A stretch of DNA of 64,000 nt from Octopus vulgaris (taxonomy: Eukaryota). The position numbers and the translations under genes were made by a program. The stretch is from NCBI GenBank assembly GCA_951406725.2, contig OX597817.1, forward strand, positions 48,856,001 to 48,920,000, written 5' to 3'. The notes beneath the pieces are model-generated. The model saw only the letters and a program-made list of their open reading frames with translations. It was not told the origin of the DNA and did not search any database. Below, in pieces: positions 1 to 12,000 of this stretch (its first letter is position 1; each line of letters starts with the position of its first letter).

Positions 1-430
1 AAACAAGGACAGACAAACGGATTAAGTCGATTATATCGATCCCAGTGCATAACTGGTACTTAATTTATCGACCCCGAAAGGATGACAGACAAAGTCGACC
101 TCGGCGGAATTTGAACTCGGAACGTTGCGGCAGACGAAATACCGCTAAGCATTTCGCCCGGCGTGCTAACGTTTCTGCCAGCTCGCTGCTTGAAATACCT
201 ATTTCTTTACTACCCACAAGGGGCTAAACATAGAGGGGACAAACAAGGACAGACATAGGTATTAAGTCGATTACATCGACCCCGGTGTGTAACTGGTACT
301 TAATTTATCGACCTCGAAATGATGAAAAGCAAAGTCGACCTCGGCGGAATTTGAACTCGGAACATAACGGCAGACGAAACACCGCAAAGCATTTCGCTCG
401 GCGTGCTAACGTTTCTGCCAGCTCGCTGCC
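1..430 (-). mobile_element. Family A SINE (Meta-domain-like), tandem dimer
   Basis: Two adjacent copies of ggcgagctggcagaaacgttagcac...gagttcaaattccgccgaggtcgactttgcctttcatcctttcggggtcgataaattaagtaccag on the minus strand. The same unit recurs more than 10 times in the window. Confidence 0.85.
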
Positions 431-654
431 TGAAATACTGTTAAGCATTTTGATCGACGCGCTGACGATTCTACCAGTTCGGTGCCTTCCTTCAAGGAAA
501 TAATGAAAAATAAAATAATATACTTTATTCCCATTACAATATTTTTCGTTATTTCTCATTAATCACATTCGAAAATTTGTGAATTATCTTTTTCGCTCTA
601 TTTACCTGTTTTTTTTTATATTGCTGCGTTAAGCATCTGAAATCATGCTTCTAA

Positions 655-849
655 GCGGTTGAGACATCCAGCGTTCTTGGCCCCTGGACCATATCCCTGC
701 TCACCGCTATCGGGGCGGACATTGGTGTCCGCAAGTACTAGCTCCGTCAGTCAGAGTGGCTGTTTAAGAGCATCTCTTTCGCCATCCTCCGGGGCAACGA
801 CTTTTCCATTTTGTCCACTGGTGCTATGAGAAAGACTTCTATATTGTGA
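655..849 (+). pseudogene. 3' remnant of a CRE-type (restriction-like endonuclease) non-LTR retrotransposon ORF
   Basis: Translates AVETSSVLGPWTISLLTAIG...*...WLFKSISFAILRGNDFSIL, resembling the AVET.G..G...QR.SIA.QRGNA.SIL end of CRE elements. One internal stop. Confidence 0.65.
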
Positions 850-1200
850 GAGGCAAGATTCTCCGTTTTTTTCTTCCTGATTACTGTGTGTCCTCTTCTT
901 ATCTCACTTCCAGAAATTGTTAATTATTTTTATCAAATCTTATCCTATCCCGTCAAGTAGTTTGCTTATATCTCTACACGTTATGGAAATCGTTGTTCTT
1001 GAGTCTCATTTTGAAGTTTTGCAATATATATATAAAGACATGAAGCTGCTATGATATTTTGCGTCTTTGACTGAAGAGGAAAACTCAGCTGCGAATATTC
1101 CGTGTATCATGTCGTCGTCTAATTTCCCGTGTTTAGTTTTCGTCTTCTCTGCTTTCGTCCCCCTTGTTGTACTCTTTCTGTTCAACCCTTCATACACACA

Positions 1201-1242
<42 letters not shown>

Positions 1243-1243
<1 letters not shown>

Positions 1244-1645
1244 AGGTGTGGCTGTGTGGTAAGTAGCTTGTTTACCAACCACATGGTTCCGGGTTCAGTC
1301 CCACTGCGTGGCACCTTGGGAAAGTGTCTTCTACTATAGCCTCGGGCCGACCAAAGCCTTGTGAGTGGATTTGGTAGACGGAAACTGAAAGAAGCCAATC
1401 GTATATATGTATATATATATATGCGTGTGTGTGTTTGTGTGTCTGTGTTTGTCCCCCTAGCATTGCTTGACAACCGATGCTGGTGTGTTTATGCCCCCGT
1501 TACTTAGCGATTCGGCAAAAAGAGCCCGGTAGAATAAGTACTGGGCTTACAAAAGAATAAGTACCGGAGTCGAGTTGCTCGATTAAAGGCGGTGCTCCAG
1601 CATAGCCGCAGTCAAATGACTGAAACAAGTAAAAGAGTAAAAAGA
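1243..1645 (+). mobile_element. Family B tRNA-derived SINE with internal (TA/TG)n and a ggcggtgctccagcatggccgcag tail
   Basis: A-box tggctgtgtggtaag, B-box-like ggttcagtccc and CORE-like ccttgggcaagtgt. Near-identical copies at 14801, 18573, 21520 (-) and 44553. Confidence 0.85.
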
Positions 1646-1749
1646 GTATGCATACATGGATATATACGTCTGTTTCAGTTTATGCGATTTGCGATAAAAG
1701 AAATATTCATCTTTATTTACGACAAACTATCTAAGGCACAAATATGCAA

Positions 1750-2561
1750 TCAGTTTTCCCGGGCATTTGGTCTTGATAGCCTTTCGTAACTGCCTCAGTG
1801 GTATGGCCCTTTTGAAAATAGTCAATGAACACAATGCCTTTTGCATCCCAAAAAACTGAGGCCATCACCTTCCCTGCAGATGAAGAGGGGTGTTACCATT
1901 GCTTGGATTGTCTGTCTCTGGCTTAAAGTAATGAACCCAACACTCATCCTGGATTAGGAAACGTTCAAAGAAACCAGCTGGATCTGCTTCAGTCAATGTC
2001 AGATTTTCTCCCATGGTATGATCAGTCTAGTGCGCTTTTGATCTGGTGTCAGGTGACGTGGCAACCACCGAACAGAAAACTTCGTCATGCCAAATCCACC
2101 GTGCACAATATTCTCAGCTCACCCACGGGATATGCTAACAGTATTGGCTATTTGATTTGTAAGTCAATCGATGGGTGGTGGCAGTTGCAGGACGTCCACA
2201 CCTTGAACCAGCTTCGAGACTCTCCCTTCCTCTCTTAAATTCAGCTGTCCACTCTTGCACTGTTGATAAAGCTAGAAGGTCATCCCCTAAAGTAACAACC
2301 ATGTCAGCATGAATGTTGTTGGGGAGGTAAATCATTTTCCTGTAGGTATTTGATAACACCACGATGCCAAATTTTGTCCATTTTCAAGAAAGTCGCTACT
2401 AATTACATTTGAATTCTTCTTTGGACCGTCAGATGTCAGTTTACCTGGCAGAAAACAATACAGTTATTAATAAGAAGGGTTGAAATTAATGCATGCAAGA
2501 TTTCACAGCTTTAGCGTCACTCTTTATGGTCAACCTATTAACTTTTCGGCCCACCCTTGTA
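1750..2561 (-). mobile_element. Degenerate mariner transposon (5' part and left TIR)
   Basis: Minus-strand peptide TVQEWTAEFKRGRESLE...RCGRPATAT (mariner HTH-GRP region). End reads TA-caagggtgggccgaaaagtt. Confidence 0.75.
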
Positions 2562-2594
2562 GTTTTGTTTTCATATTAAATCTGTAAAATAAAT

Positions 2595-2757
2595 AAATAA
2601 ATGCGCCCTTTTAAAGCTTAGCCAGGCTCATGGACCCGGTTTCCCGGTTTCTATGGCGTATGTGTTCCCTAGCTGGACGGGACGCCAGTCAATCGCAGCG
2701 TTACTCATTTTTGCCAGCTGAGCGAACTGGAGCAACGTGAAATGAAGGGTTTTGCTC
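2595..2757 (-). mobile_element. Family C SINE (V-domain-like), headless fragment
   Basis: gcgat(g/t)gactggcgtcccgtccagct motif; matches full copies at 7634-7888 and 57115-57390. Confidence 0.75.
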
Positions 2758-2779
2758 TCCAAATACATTTAATATCGAA

Positions 2780-3125
2780 TTTTTACTCTCTTCTAGATAC
2801 TAAGCCAATTCTAGTAGATGAGTGATTCAGAAAATAGATCAATAGCCATCTTGTTTTTGCTTAACCCAAGTCAGATAGTTTTCGAATAGTAACTAAGCTG
2901 CCGTACATCTAAGGCTACAAGTCTTCAGGACATTAAAATGTGATTTGAGGGCAATGAAATTTGCTGCTCTCTCTTTCTCTCTCTCCCTGTCTTTCTCACG
3001 AAAATCTATCTCTTGTGATGAAAAGAACCACCAAATTAGTCTCTGGCGAAACTTGGAACCGAAAACAGAAAAACTATGTAAAAGTATATAATCACCTGCT
3101 CTACCTTTTCATCAAGAATGGTTGT
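2780..3125. repeat. Local duplication, copy 1 (copy 2 at 5664-6640)
   Basis: ttttactctcttctagatac...gcaatgaaatttgct(CT)n...gatgaaaagaa.caccaaattagtctct...caagaatggttgt is shared with 5664-5900 plus 6539-6640. Confidence 0.85.
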
Positions 3126-3354
3126 CCTCAACACGTTAAATATTTGTGAAAATCATTTTATACAATGTTTTATATCAGAAAAATCAATATTTACAAAAAA
3201 TAGAAATCTTTAATAAAAAATATTTTTTTATAACAAAGAATAACAAAAATAAAATATGAATATATTACGAGTCAAATTATTACAGCACGCTTATGTACAA
3301 AATTGCATTTATATTTAATGTTGTTGGAATGGAAGGCGAATCGAAGAAATTATC

Positions 3355-3656
3355 TCAAAGATGTGAAGAGAAGGCTTCATTATCGTGGCTTTTGTCGACA
3401 GGGATTACATTAACCGTAATTTCGTGTTGAATGTTTGTTTTAGTTGCTGAAGTAGGTGGCTTATAAAGGCATTTCGCAATGACAAGAAACAGAACGGTAA
3501 ATAAACGTACAATGACAGTTAGCAAGAAGAAATTACGAGATAATGTTTCCTTTTGGTAAATCCAACAAGATGTGTCACCCTCAGAACAAGAATCTTTCCA
3601 CACTTTACAAGCTTGGTCAATGGCGACTCCAAACAATATCGGACCTGGGAATGTAC
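3355..3656 (-). CDS. SLCO4A1: SLCO terminal coding exon 11 ([19 protein letters not shown]...SSHL*)
   Basis: Acceptor ttctttttcAG. PGP.LFG..ID.AC..W...C....SCWIY motif, TM12, TGA stop at 3357-3355. Confidence 0.95.
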
Positions 3657-6440
3657 CTGAAAAGAATAAATTTTAAATGCTGAAACAACATGGTACTTAT
3701 AAAAACAGTTTAAAAAATTATTATTAATCGAAAAGTAGGTTGCATACGCCGGACAAAATGCTTAGAAGTATTTTGTTCGTCTTCATGTTCTTAGTTCAAA
3801 TTCCGACGAGGTTGACTTTACCTTTCAACCTTTCGGAAGTCGTTGAAATGAGTACCAATTGAGCGCTGGGATCTTTGTAGACGACTAGGTCTTCCCACAA
3901 AATGTTAAGCCTTATATCTTATGTAGAAAGGATTGATGATACAAAATTAGAAATATTAAATTTCTAAATATCTCAGAGAGATATGAGCGGTGGTGGAATG
4001 ATAGAGCAGTTGTATACTGTCAACTTAACGTGACAGTCCCATAAAGGGAATTACACCACTGCTATTTAACCCTAGGAAGCACAAACGCTTCCTGTAGGCC
4101 TTGACACATTTCCTCTGTCCTTGTGTTTACAAAGGGGAGACAAGCACCCCCAACAGCTAGGCTCGAATCCAGAGACATGTTTCTGAGTCTTGCTCGTCAT
4201 CAGTCTGGAGTAGCAGAGCCTGCTAGCTGAAGATACCTGTCTAGGCTTTGTAACCATATATATATTTTGTCAGTGAAGTTTATTCACTGATCACCAAAAT
4301 TAGAAATATTAAATTTCTAAATATCTCAGAGAGATATGAGCGGTGGTGGAATGATAGAGCTCCATTAATGATACATTTATCTGAAAAGGTGAAGTAAATG
4401 AAACATGTAATTTTGAAGGATGCCGTTTATTTGTGCTATTGTTTCTTTTTTTTTTTTTTCAAATTGAGTATATTACTCCGTTAAGAATAGCAACCCGTGG
4501 TTTGTCGTTGATGTACATTACAAATTCATTCACAGGGCCTTCATCCGTAGACTTTATAAATAGAAAGGTTTGGGCAAAAGTTATTGTAGAAGACTGGCAG
4601 TCCCCTACTTGCATACAAGTCTCCCTTCTCCCCGCTACCGACTTAGGCCGACACAGCTAGGCACCAGTGTCTCGCAAGGATTATGGTCAGAATGCAAAGC
4701 GCCGGAGTAAATACTACAAGCTATCTCACCCGACACCCTAACAATATCACCATCAATCTTCCGCTTTGGAGTGGTACTTTTTTATCGACTCCGAAATGAT
4801 GAAAGGCAAAACTAATATTGACAGGATTTGAACTCAAACCGCAGAGACCGGAATAAATACCACGAAGCATTCTATGTACCATGAGATTTACATTTAAGTC
4901 ATGTTATACGCTGTCCTTTCTCGATACCTTTATTTTTGTTATCATATACTGCAAAATAAAAAATTTCTTACATAAAGTAACAATTTGAATTACTAGCAAT
5001 GGATAAATTAACTCTCGTCTTCACGCACTGCCTGTGATGTATATTGCATGTGATACACAAAACATATTTCCCTGGCGTCAACGCATCCTATAGGATACAT
5101 ATTTCCTTTTTATTTTGTTATACAACCATAGTCACTTGGGATTATGAGAGGAAAGCTTTATATTACACTGAACATATGAAACCAGGGATAATTAAAAGCC
5201 GGAAAACAAGCATGGACGTTTCAAACAAACTTATGAAAATGCTTTGAAGCGGCAAAGGAATATAAAATATTAGCAATAAAACTAAAGTAAAATAGAAACA
5301 AACGTGGAGTAAAGATTGTTTGCAAACATAACATGGCAGTCCTGGTTTAGGACAAATGTTGCTGTAATTTAGCCCCAGGAGACATCGTCTCCAGCTGGCT
5401 GTACGACACGATCTACGTCCTTATATTTTCGAACAAGGGAATCTAGCACCTCCACTCAGTTTAAAACAATATCTGTGTATCGCGATTTTCGGGTTATTTC
5501 CCTTCATCAGCACAGATGAATATCTCTCCTTGTGAGATTTAAAAATAGTAATTTTCTAAGAAACAAATGTGTTTAGAATTGAGCTCACATACTACGTTTT
5601 GATTTCAAGAATTTCTAAAATCAACCAAGCGCAGGGTGAGAGTCTGGTTTTGGAGCTGTGAACTTTTTACTCTCTTCTAGATACAAAGCCAATTCTAGTA
5701 GATGAAAGATTCAGAAGACAAATCAATAGCCATCTTGTTATTGCTTAACCCAGGTCAGATATGATTATGATCAAAATTTTTCGAATAGTAACTAAGCTGT
5801 GGTACATCTAAGGCTACAAGATTAAATGTGTCTTTTCTTCAAGACATTAAAATGTGATTTGAGAGCAATGAAATTTGCTACTCTCTCTCTCTCTCTCTCT
5901 GTCGCATTCGAGAAGAGTACAACTGTCGAGCGAATCTGTAATTAAGATCGTTCCGCCGACCTCCCTGAATAGGGAGGAGCGAGCCTGTTTTCTCTCGGTA
6001 GTTGCTGTAGCAAAAGAGGTAGTATGGAAGACGAGGGTGAAAGGAATTGCAACAGGCATGTTCATCTCCAGTCTCGAGCTAATCGACTTTTTCGTTTTCC
6101 ACATGAAACGAAAAATAACGCTGGAGAAGAAATGCCTGTCGGAAAGTGTGTTTCGTAAAAGATGGAAGTATATAACAAGTATGTTGCGAGTGAAAGAACC
6201 TGTTTAAATGAGAATATAAAAAAGGAGAAAACAAAGTCTTCAGTGTGAGTATGTGGTTTGTGGGGTCGACCGCGTTCTCCGCTTCATTTTTTGTAAATCA
6301 CTCATTCTCATTTAATTGTATATATTTTAATTGTTTGTTTATTCATACGTTTCATCTCATTCGATACCCTGACCCCAATGTTTGTTTTGTCTGTCCTCAT
6401 AACGTCCCCTCTTTTTTCTCAACCTTATGGTGAATAAAGA

Positions 6441-6495
<55 letters not shown>

Positions 6496-8015
6496 ATCAC
6501 TCGTTGGCTTGATATCCATATATTGCATTCATTCAAGAGTGATGAAAAGAACAACCAAATTAGTCTCTAGCGAAACTTGGAAGCGAAAACAGAAAAGCTA
6601 TGGAAAAACATTTAGTTACCTTTTCATCAAGAATGGTTGTATCGAGGAGCGCTATCAAGAAAGCAAACTAAAAACATAATGCGTCGAAAAAATACTGCCA
6701 TGTATTTTTTTCAACGATCCATCGATTCTGCCAGCACATGATTCAAATGTTGGTACAAGAGCAGCAGTTATGATGGGAAGAGTTATAGCAATTACATCGA
6801 CTTTAGTTCATGGCTGGTACTTTATTTTGTCGATCCAAAAAGAATAAAAGGCAAACTTGCCTTTAAAACGTCCTGACTCTTGCCGTAAACAAATCGGCGA
6901 TAGAACGGAAGAGTTGACGTACCGCATGTCCTATTGCTACGCCTGTAGATAACTGTTAGTGACTAACAATAGTCTATATGGAAGCACTCAATATTGCCAA
7001 AATTGCTCAAACTGGTGCTCTATCAAAGTGATGAACTGGGGGTGGCGGTGAGGAACTTCTTAGCCATTTAGAAACCTATAGATTCCATTACTTTAGCGCA
7101 TGCCTGCGCATTATCGATCACAGCAGATCCAGCACTCAATACAGAGTGTGCTCCTTCAGATGGAGCGTCTGCCTTCCAGAAAATGTAAGAATATACATTC
7201 CTATCAGATCAGATGAAAACTTGAGCCAGTAACGCCAGAGAGGTGATAAAAATTGCCTTATTTGCAAGAATAAATATTTGTTTTTGATAAGCAGTGAAAA
7301 TCTATTGAGACTGAATAACAAATATTTTTTCCCCCTTTTCAAGCCAAGCTCATGGGCCCGGTTTTCCGGTTTCTGTGGCGTATGTGTCCCCCCCCCCTCC
7401 AGCTGGACGGAACGCCAGTCCATCGCAGCGTTACTCAAGAAACAGGAAGAAAGAGTAAGAGAAAGCTGTGGCGAAATAGTACAACAGGGGTCGCCACCAC
7501 CCCCTGCCGGAGCCTCGTAGAGCTTTAGGTGTTTTCACTCAATAAACACACACAACGCCCGGTCTGGGAATCGAAACCGCGATCCTCCGACCATGAGTCC
7601 GCTGCCCTAACCACTGGGCCATTGCGCCTCCACAAATAAATGTGCCCTTTTTCAGCCTAGCCAGGCTCATGGGCCCGGTTTCCCAGATTCAATGGCATAT
7701 GTGTTCCCTAGCTGGACGGGACGCCAGTCCATCGTAGCGTTACTCATTTTTGCCAGCTGAGTGGACTGGAGCAACGTGAAATGAAGGGTTTTGCTCAAGA
7801 ACACAACGCGTCGTCCGGTCCAGGAATCGAAACCACAATCTTACGATCATGATTCTGACACCCTAACCACTAAGCCACGCGCTTCCACGAATAACAAACA
7901 TACAAGTTTATACTGAAAATAAGCTTTTACCTGTTATGCGTCCAATTGCACTGCTTATTCCTAATCCATACGACCGATGATCATCCGGAATACATCTGCA
8001 AGCAAATGGATATTT

Positions 8016-8068
<53 letters not shown>

Positions 8069-8209
8069 TATATACATGAGAGGTATTGGTATCTAGAAGA
8101 CCCTAAGAGTGGGCGGTAGCGCAAGGTAAGTGCTATGGACAGACCGTAGTTAAACTCTTGGTTCGATAGTGATATGAGTGAGGAGTCTAATGTGAGTCTT
8201 GTATTAGTA

Positions 8210-8260
<51 letters not shown>

Positions 8261-8399
8261 CAAGATGAGAATACAAAGCCAAGGCTGTGAGGAGTTTTCA
8301 GGACATTTATAAGGAAATATATAGTCTTTCTTACAGCTATTTCCCTTATAAATGTCCTGAAAACTCCTCACAGCCTTGGTTTTGTTATTTCATTTTGTG

Positions 8400-8448
<49 letters not shown>

Positions 8449-9008
8449 AATTTATATAAATAAGGATAAGATCATTAATTTAAAAATAAAACAACGATTT
8501 TATCAAGTGGTCAGCATGGAAAAAATTAATCTTTTCGGTTTGAACGGCAGTTTTTTCTAGCGGCGTCATATGAAATTGTCACCCATAATTATGACCCTAG
8601 TATCGATCTATTGTATTTCAATGTATTTTAGGGATAGGGTTAGTTGGGGTTAGGAGTGGGGGGAAGGGTATCTTTTTTTCTTCAGAAATGTAAATAAACC
8701 CAATCTGTTTCTTAAACGAGGGACATATTCATACAGCACAGAATGTTGTTTACCTCAATGGACGTCAGTGATTGGTTGAAATTGCAGAAATTGAAGAAAA
8801 TATCTTACAAATATCTTACAAACTATAGAATTTTCTCAATAAAGCCAAGAGAAAAAGATGTTTTATAAACACATTCTACCAGTATACGACGTTTAAAATT
8901 TTTTAGTTACATAGAAATTATGTTAAAAACTGTCGGTCAAACTGAAAAGATCCGAAAAAATAACCTTGAAAGGTAATAATTATTAAAATTATAAATTAGG
9001 ATATCTAA

Positions 9009-9046
<38 letters not shown>

Positions 9047-12000
9047 CACACACATACATACGTGCGCGCGCACACACACAGAGTGTTCGGGCTAAATTTG
9101 ACAATTTTATGTATTCTTTTTTTTCGGGAACAGTTTGAAGTATTGATGAACAGTCGGCGGCGTTGCAGAGCATAAAGATGTAAGTGGTAATTGAGAAAAA
9201 GTTAGCTACCACAGTCGACGAGAAGCTGCCTGAATATTGTAAAAGAGACGGCTGTATCACAAAGATTCGCACAGGGTATCAAAATGCTCAATGCACTGTG
9301 CAAAAATGTAAAGGTTGTAAGACGTAACATGAGCATCATGAAAATAAAGATCCCTGAAGCTGTGATGATCTTCGAGTGTTTCTCCAGTGAGTACGACGTC
9401 CTGCCAACCCACATCTTTGAGCAGGGTCTTAAGCTCAAGTCAACGGCTATGTGAAACTGCTGGAGAGTGATCAAATCCTGACAAGACAAAGTTGCTGCTG
9501 GAAGGCCATATGTGTGGCAGCCGGATTTTGCTCCTTGTCATACCTATTTCTTTACTACCCACAAGGGGCTAAACATAGAGAGGACAAACAAGAACAGACA
9601 AACGGATTAAGTCGATTATATCGACCCCAGTGCGTAACTGGTACTTAATTTATCGACCCCGAAAGGATGAAAGGCAAAGTCGGCCTCGGCGGAATTTGAA
9701 CTCAGAACGTAGCAGCAGACGAAATACCTATTTCTTTACTACCCACAAGGGGCTAAACACAAAGGGGAAAAACAGGGACAAACAAACGGATTAAGTCGAT
9801 TATATCGAACCCAGTGCGTAACTGGTACTTATTTAATCGACCCCGAAAGGATGAAAGGCAAAGTCAACCTCGGCGGAATTTGAACTCAGAACGTAGCGGC
9901 TGACGAAATACCGCAAAGCATTTCGCCCGACGTGCTAACGTTTCTACCTGCTCGCAGCCTTTTTCCTTGTCATACTTCCGGAAAGAATCATATGTGGTTT
10001 TCAGAGGATTTTGAATTTTGGCCTCCTGATTCTCACCTATTGTAATTCTTGGGATGCGGTTGAGAAAGACAGCACCACTCTATCTACAACAGCAAGGCCA
10101 AACTGATACACAAGATCAAGGTCATGTTCGAAGACCTTCTCAAGGACAAAGTGGGGAGCGTATGCACCAGATTCAGAACCGACTTGAGGCCATGGTGGAA
10201 GCTGAGGGCGGCTACTTTGAATAAACTGTTATTTCTCAGCCATAATCTAGTTGATATTTTCTTATCTTTTTAAATTCTTCTATTTTGGATAGGATATTGT
10301 GCGTTATTTTATGCAAACTGTCAAATTTAGCCATAACACCCTGTACACACACTCGCGAGTGCATGTATATAGTTAACCAGTAGAAGTTAACTGAGTGGCT
10401 CAAAGGCTTGACGTTTCTTTGGCATTTATCAAGCTGGTTTCAAATTATGAAATAACATATATTTAGACAAACCTTTATAAATGTAATCCCCATCATTTGA
10501 AACCAGTTTCATAACAGTTAATAAATGAAACACTTGACCTTCCAGTCACTCTGCAACTTGTGCCTGTTTACATATATATATATATACAGGGTTGTTCAAA
10601 GAGATTGAACGATTTCACTACGCAATATTTTGATAAAGAAAATCAATAGAAAACTCCAGCTGAGTCACAAGTATTTACTCACAATTAACTTTTATTTTCT
10701 GTCTTACAAGTGTTCAATGTGGCCACCACCTGCAGCATGGGAATATCAATGCGATAAGAGAATTCCTCCCAGATGCGTATCACTGAGTTCTTCTTTGGCT
10801 GCCTGATTGAATGCTTTATCGAAGCTTTTCCATTTCTCTTCTATTTCAATATCTTCTGGAATCGCCTCAAGCAAAGCAAATTTCTTCTTTAGTTCCATAA
10901 TGAACTTGCTTTTGATATGCTGATACGCGTCTGGGAGGAATTCTCTTATAGCACTGATGTTGCCCGTGCAGCATGTGGTGGCCATATTGAACACTTATAA
11001 GACAGGAAATAAAAGTTGATTGTGAGTAAATACTTGTGACTCAACTGGAGTTTTCTATTGCTTTTCCTTATTAAAATATTGCATAATGAAATCGGTTGAT
11101 TCTTTTTGATTAACCCTGAATATATTTTTTACATTTCAGCCCTAAGACAGTGGCCATACTGAGGCACCGCCAGTCTGTGTGTGTGTGTGTGTGTGTGTGT
11201 GTATAACGACATAAACGATATAAATATTGACAACGCTAAACATCAACTGAATGATTAATAAAACGTTTCTCAAAGAAAAAGAATAATCTTAACATTTTTC
11301 TAATGATAAAGTTTCAGAGTATTTTTGCCGTGTTTCTGGCAATAACATTAACCGAACAGTTGCCAACGTTTTATCTTTTATCTTTTGTTTCAGTCATTAG
11401 ATTGTGGCCATGCTGGGGCACCGTGTTGAAAATGTTTTAGTCGAATGGATTGAGCTCACGACTTACTTTTTTTAAAGTTTGGTACTTGCTCTATTGGTCT
11501 CTGCTGTTGAACCACTAAGTTAAATCCTAATTCTGACAGTTATGCATAAACAATAATTGAAAGCATTTTCATACCTATTTTTATTGGATTTACTATTAAC
11601 ACACAAAGTGATGGGATTTGCACTTACATAGCATGGACTGCTGAGCACATTTTATGAAAATGAGACTACCATGCACACGTAAAAAACAAAAAATAGTTAA
11701 AATATTTTCTTAGTATATAATGGTGGCAAGTTTTACATTATCCGAAAAGTCATTAGCTGAACTATTAGTCCTCTTGCATTCTGGGAAATATTGGAGTGTT
11801 TGAGTGACATTAGATCCCCAACAAACGCCCATAAATTAAATGCATGTATCTGGGCGATGATCGTGGCCTGTCGAACTGTGCCATGATTGTGGCCTGTCAA
11901 ACTGTGCCATGATTGTGGCCTGTCGAACTGTGCCTCACGGCCACGATTGTGGCCAATCATGCTTTGTATGTTAAGCTACAGGTATTAAAGATTACTTTAT

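Noticed and set aside
45-559. Recurrent ORF [10 protein letters not shown]...RRANVSASS (also at 47716)
   Set aside because: Antisense translation of Family A SINE copies.
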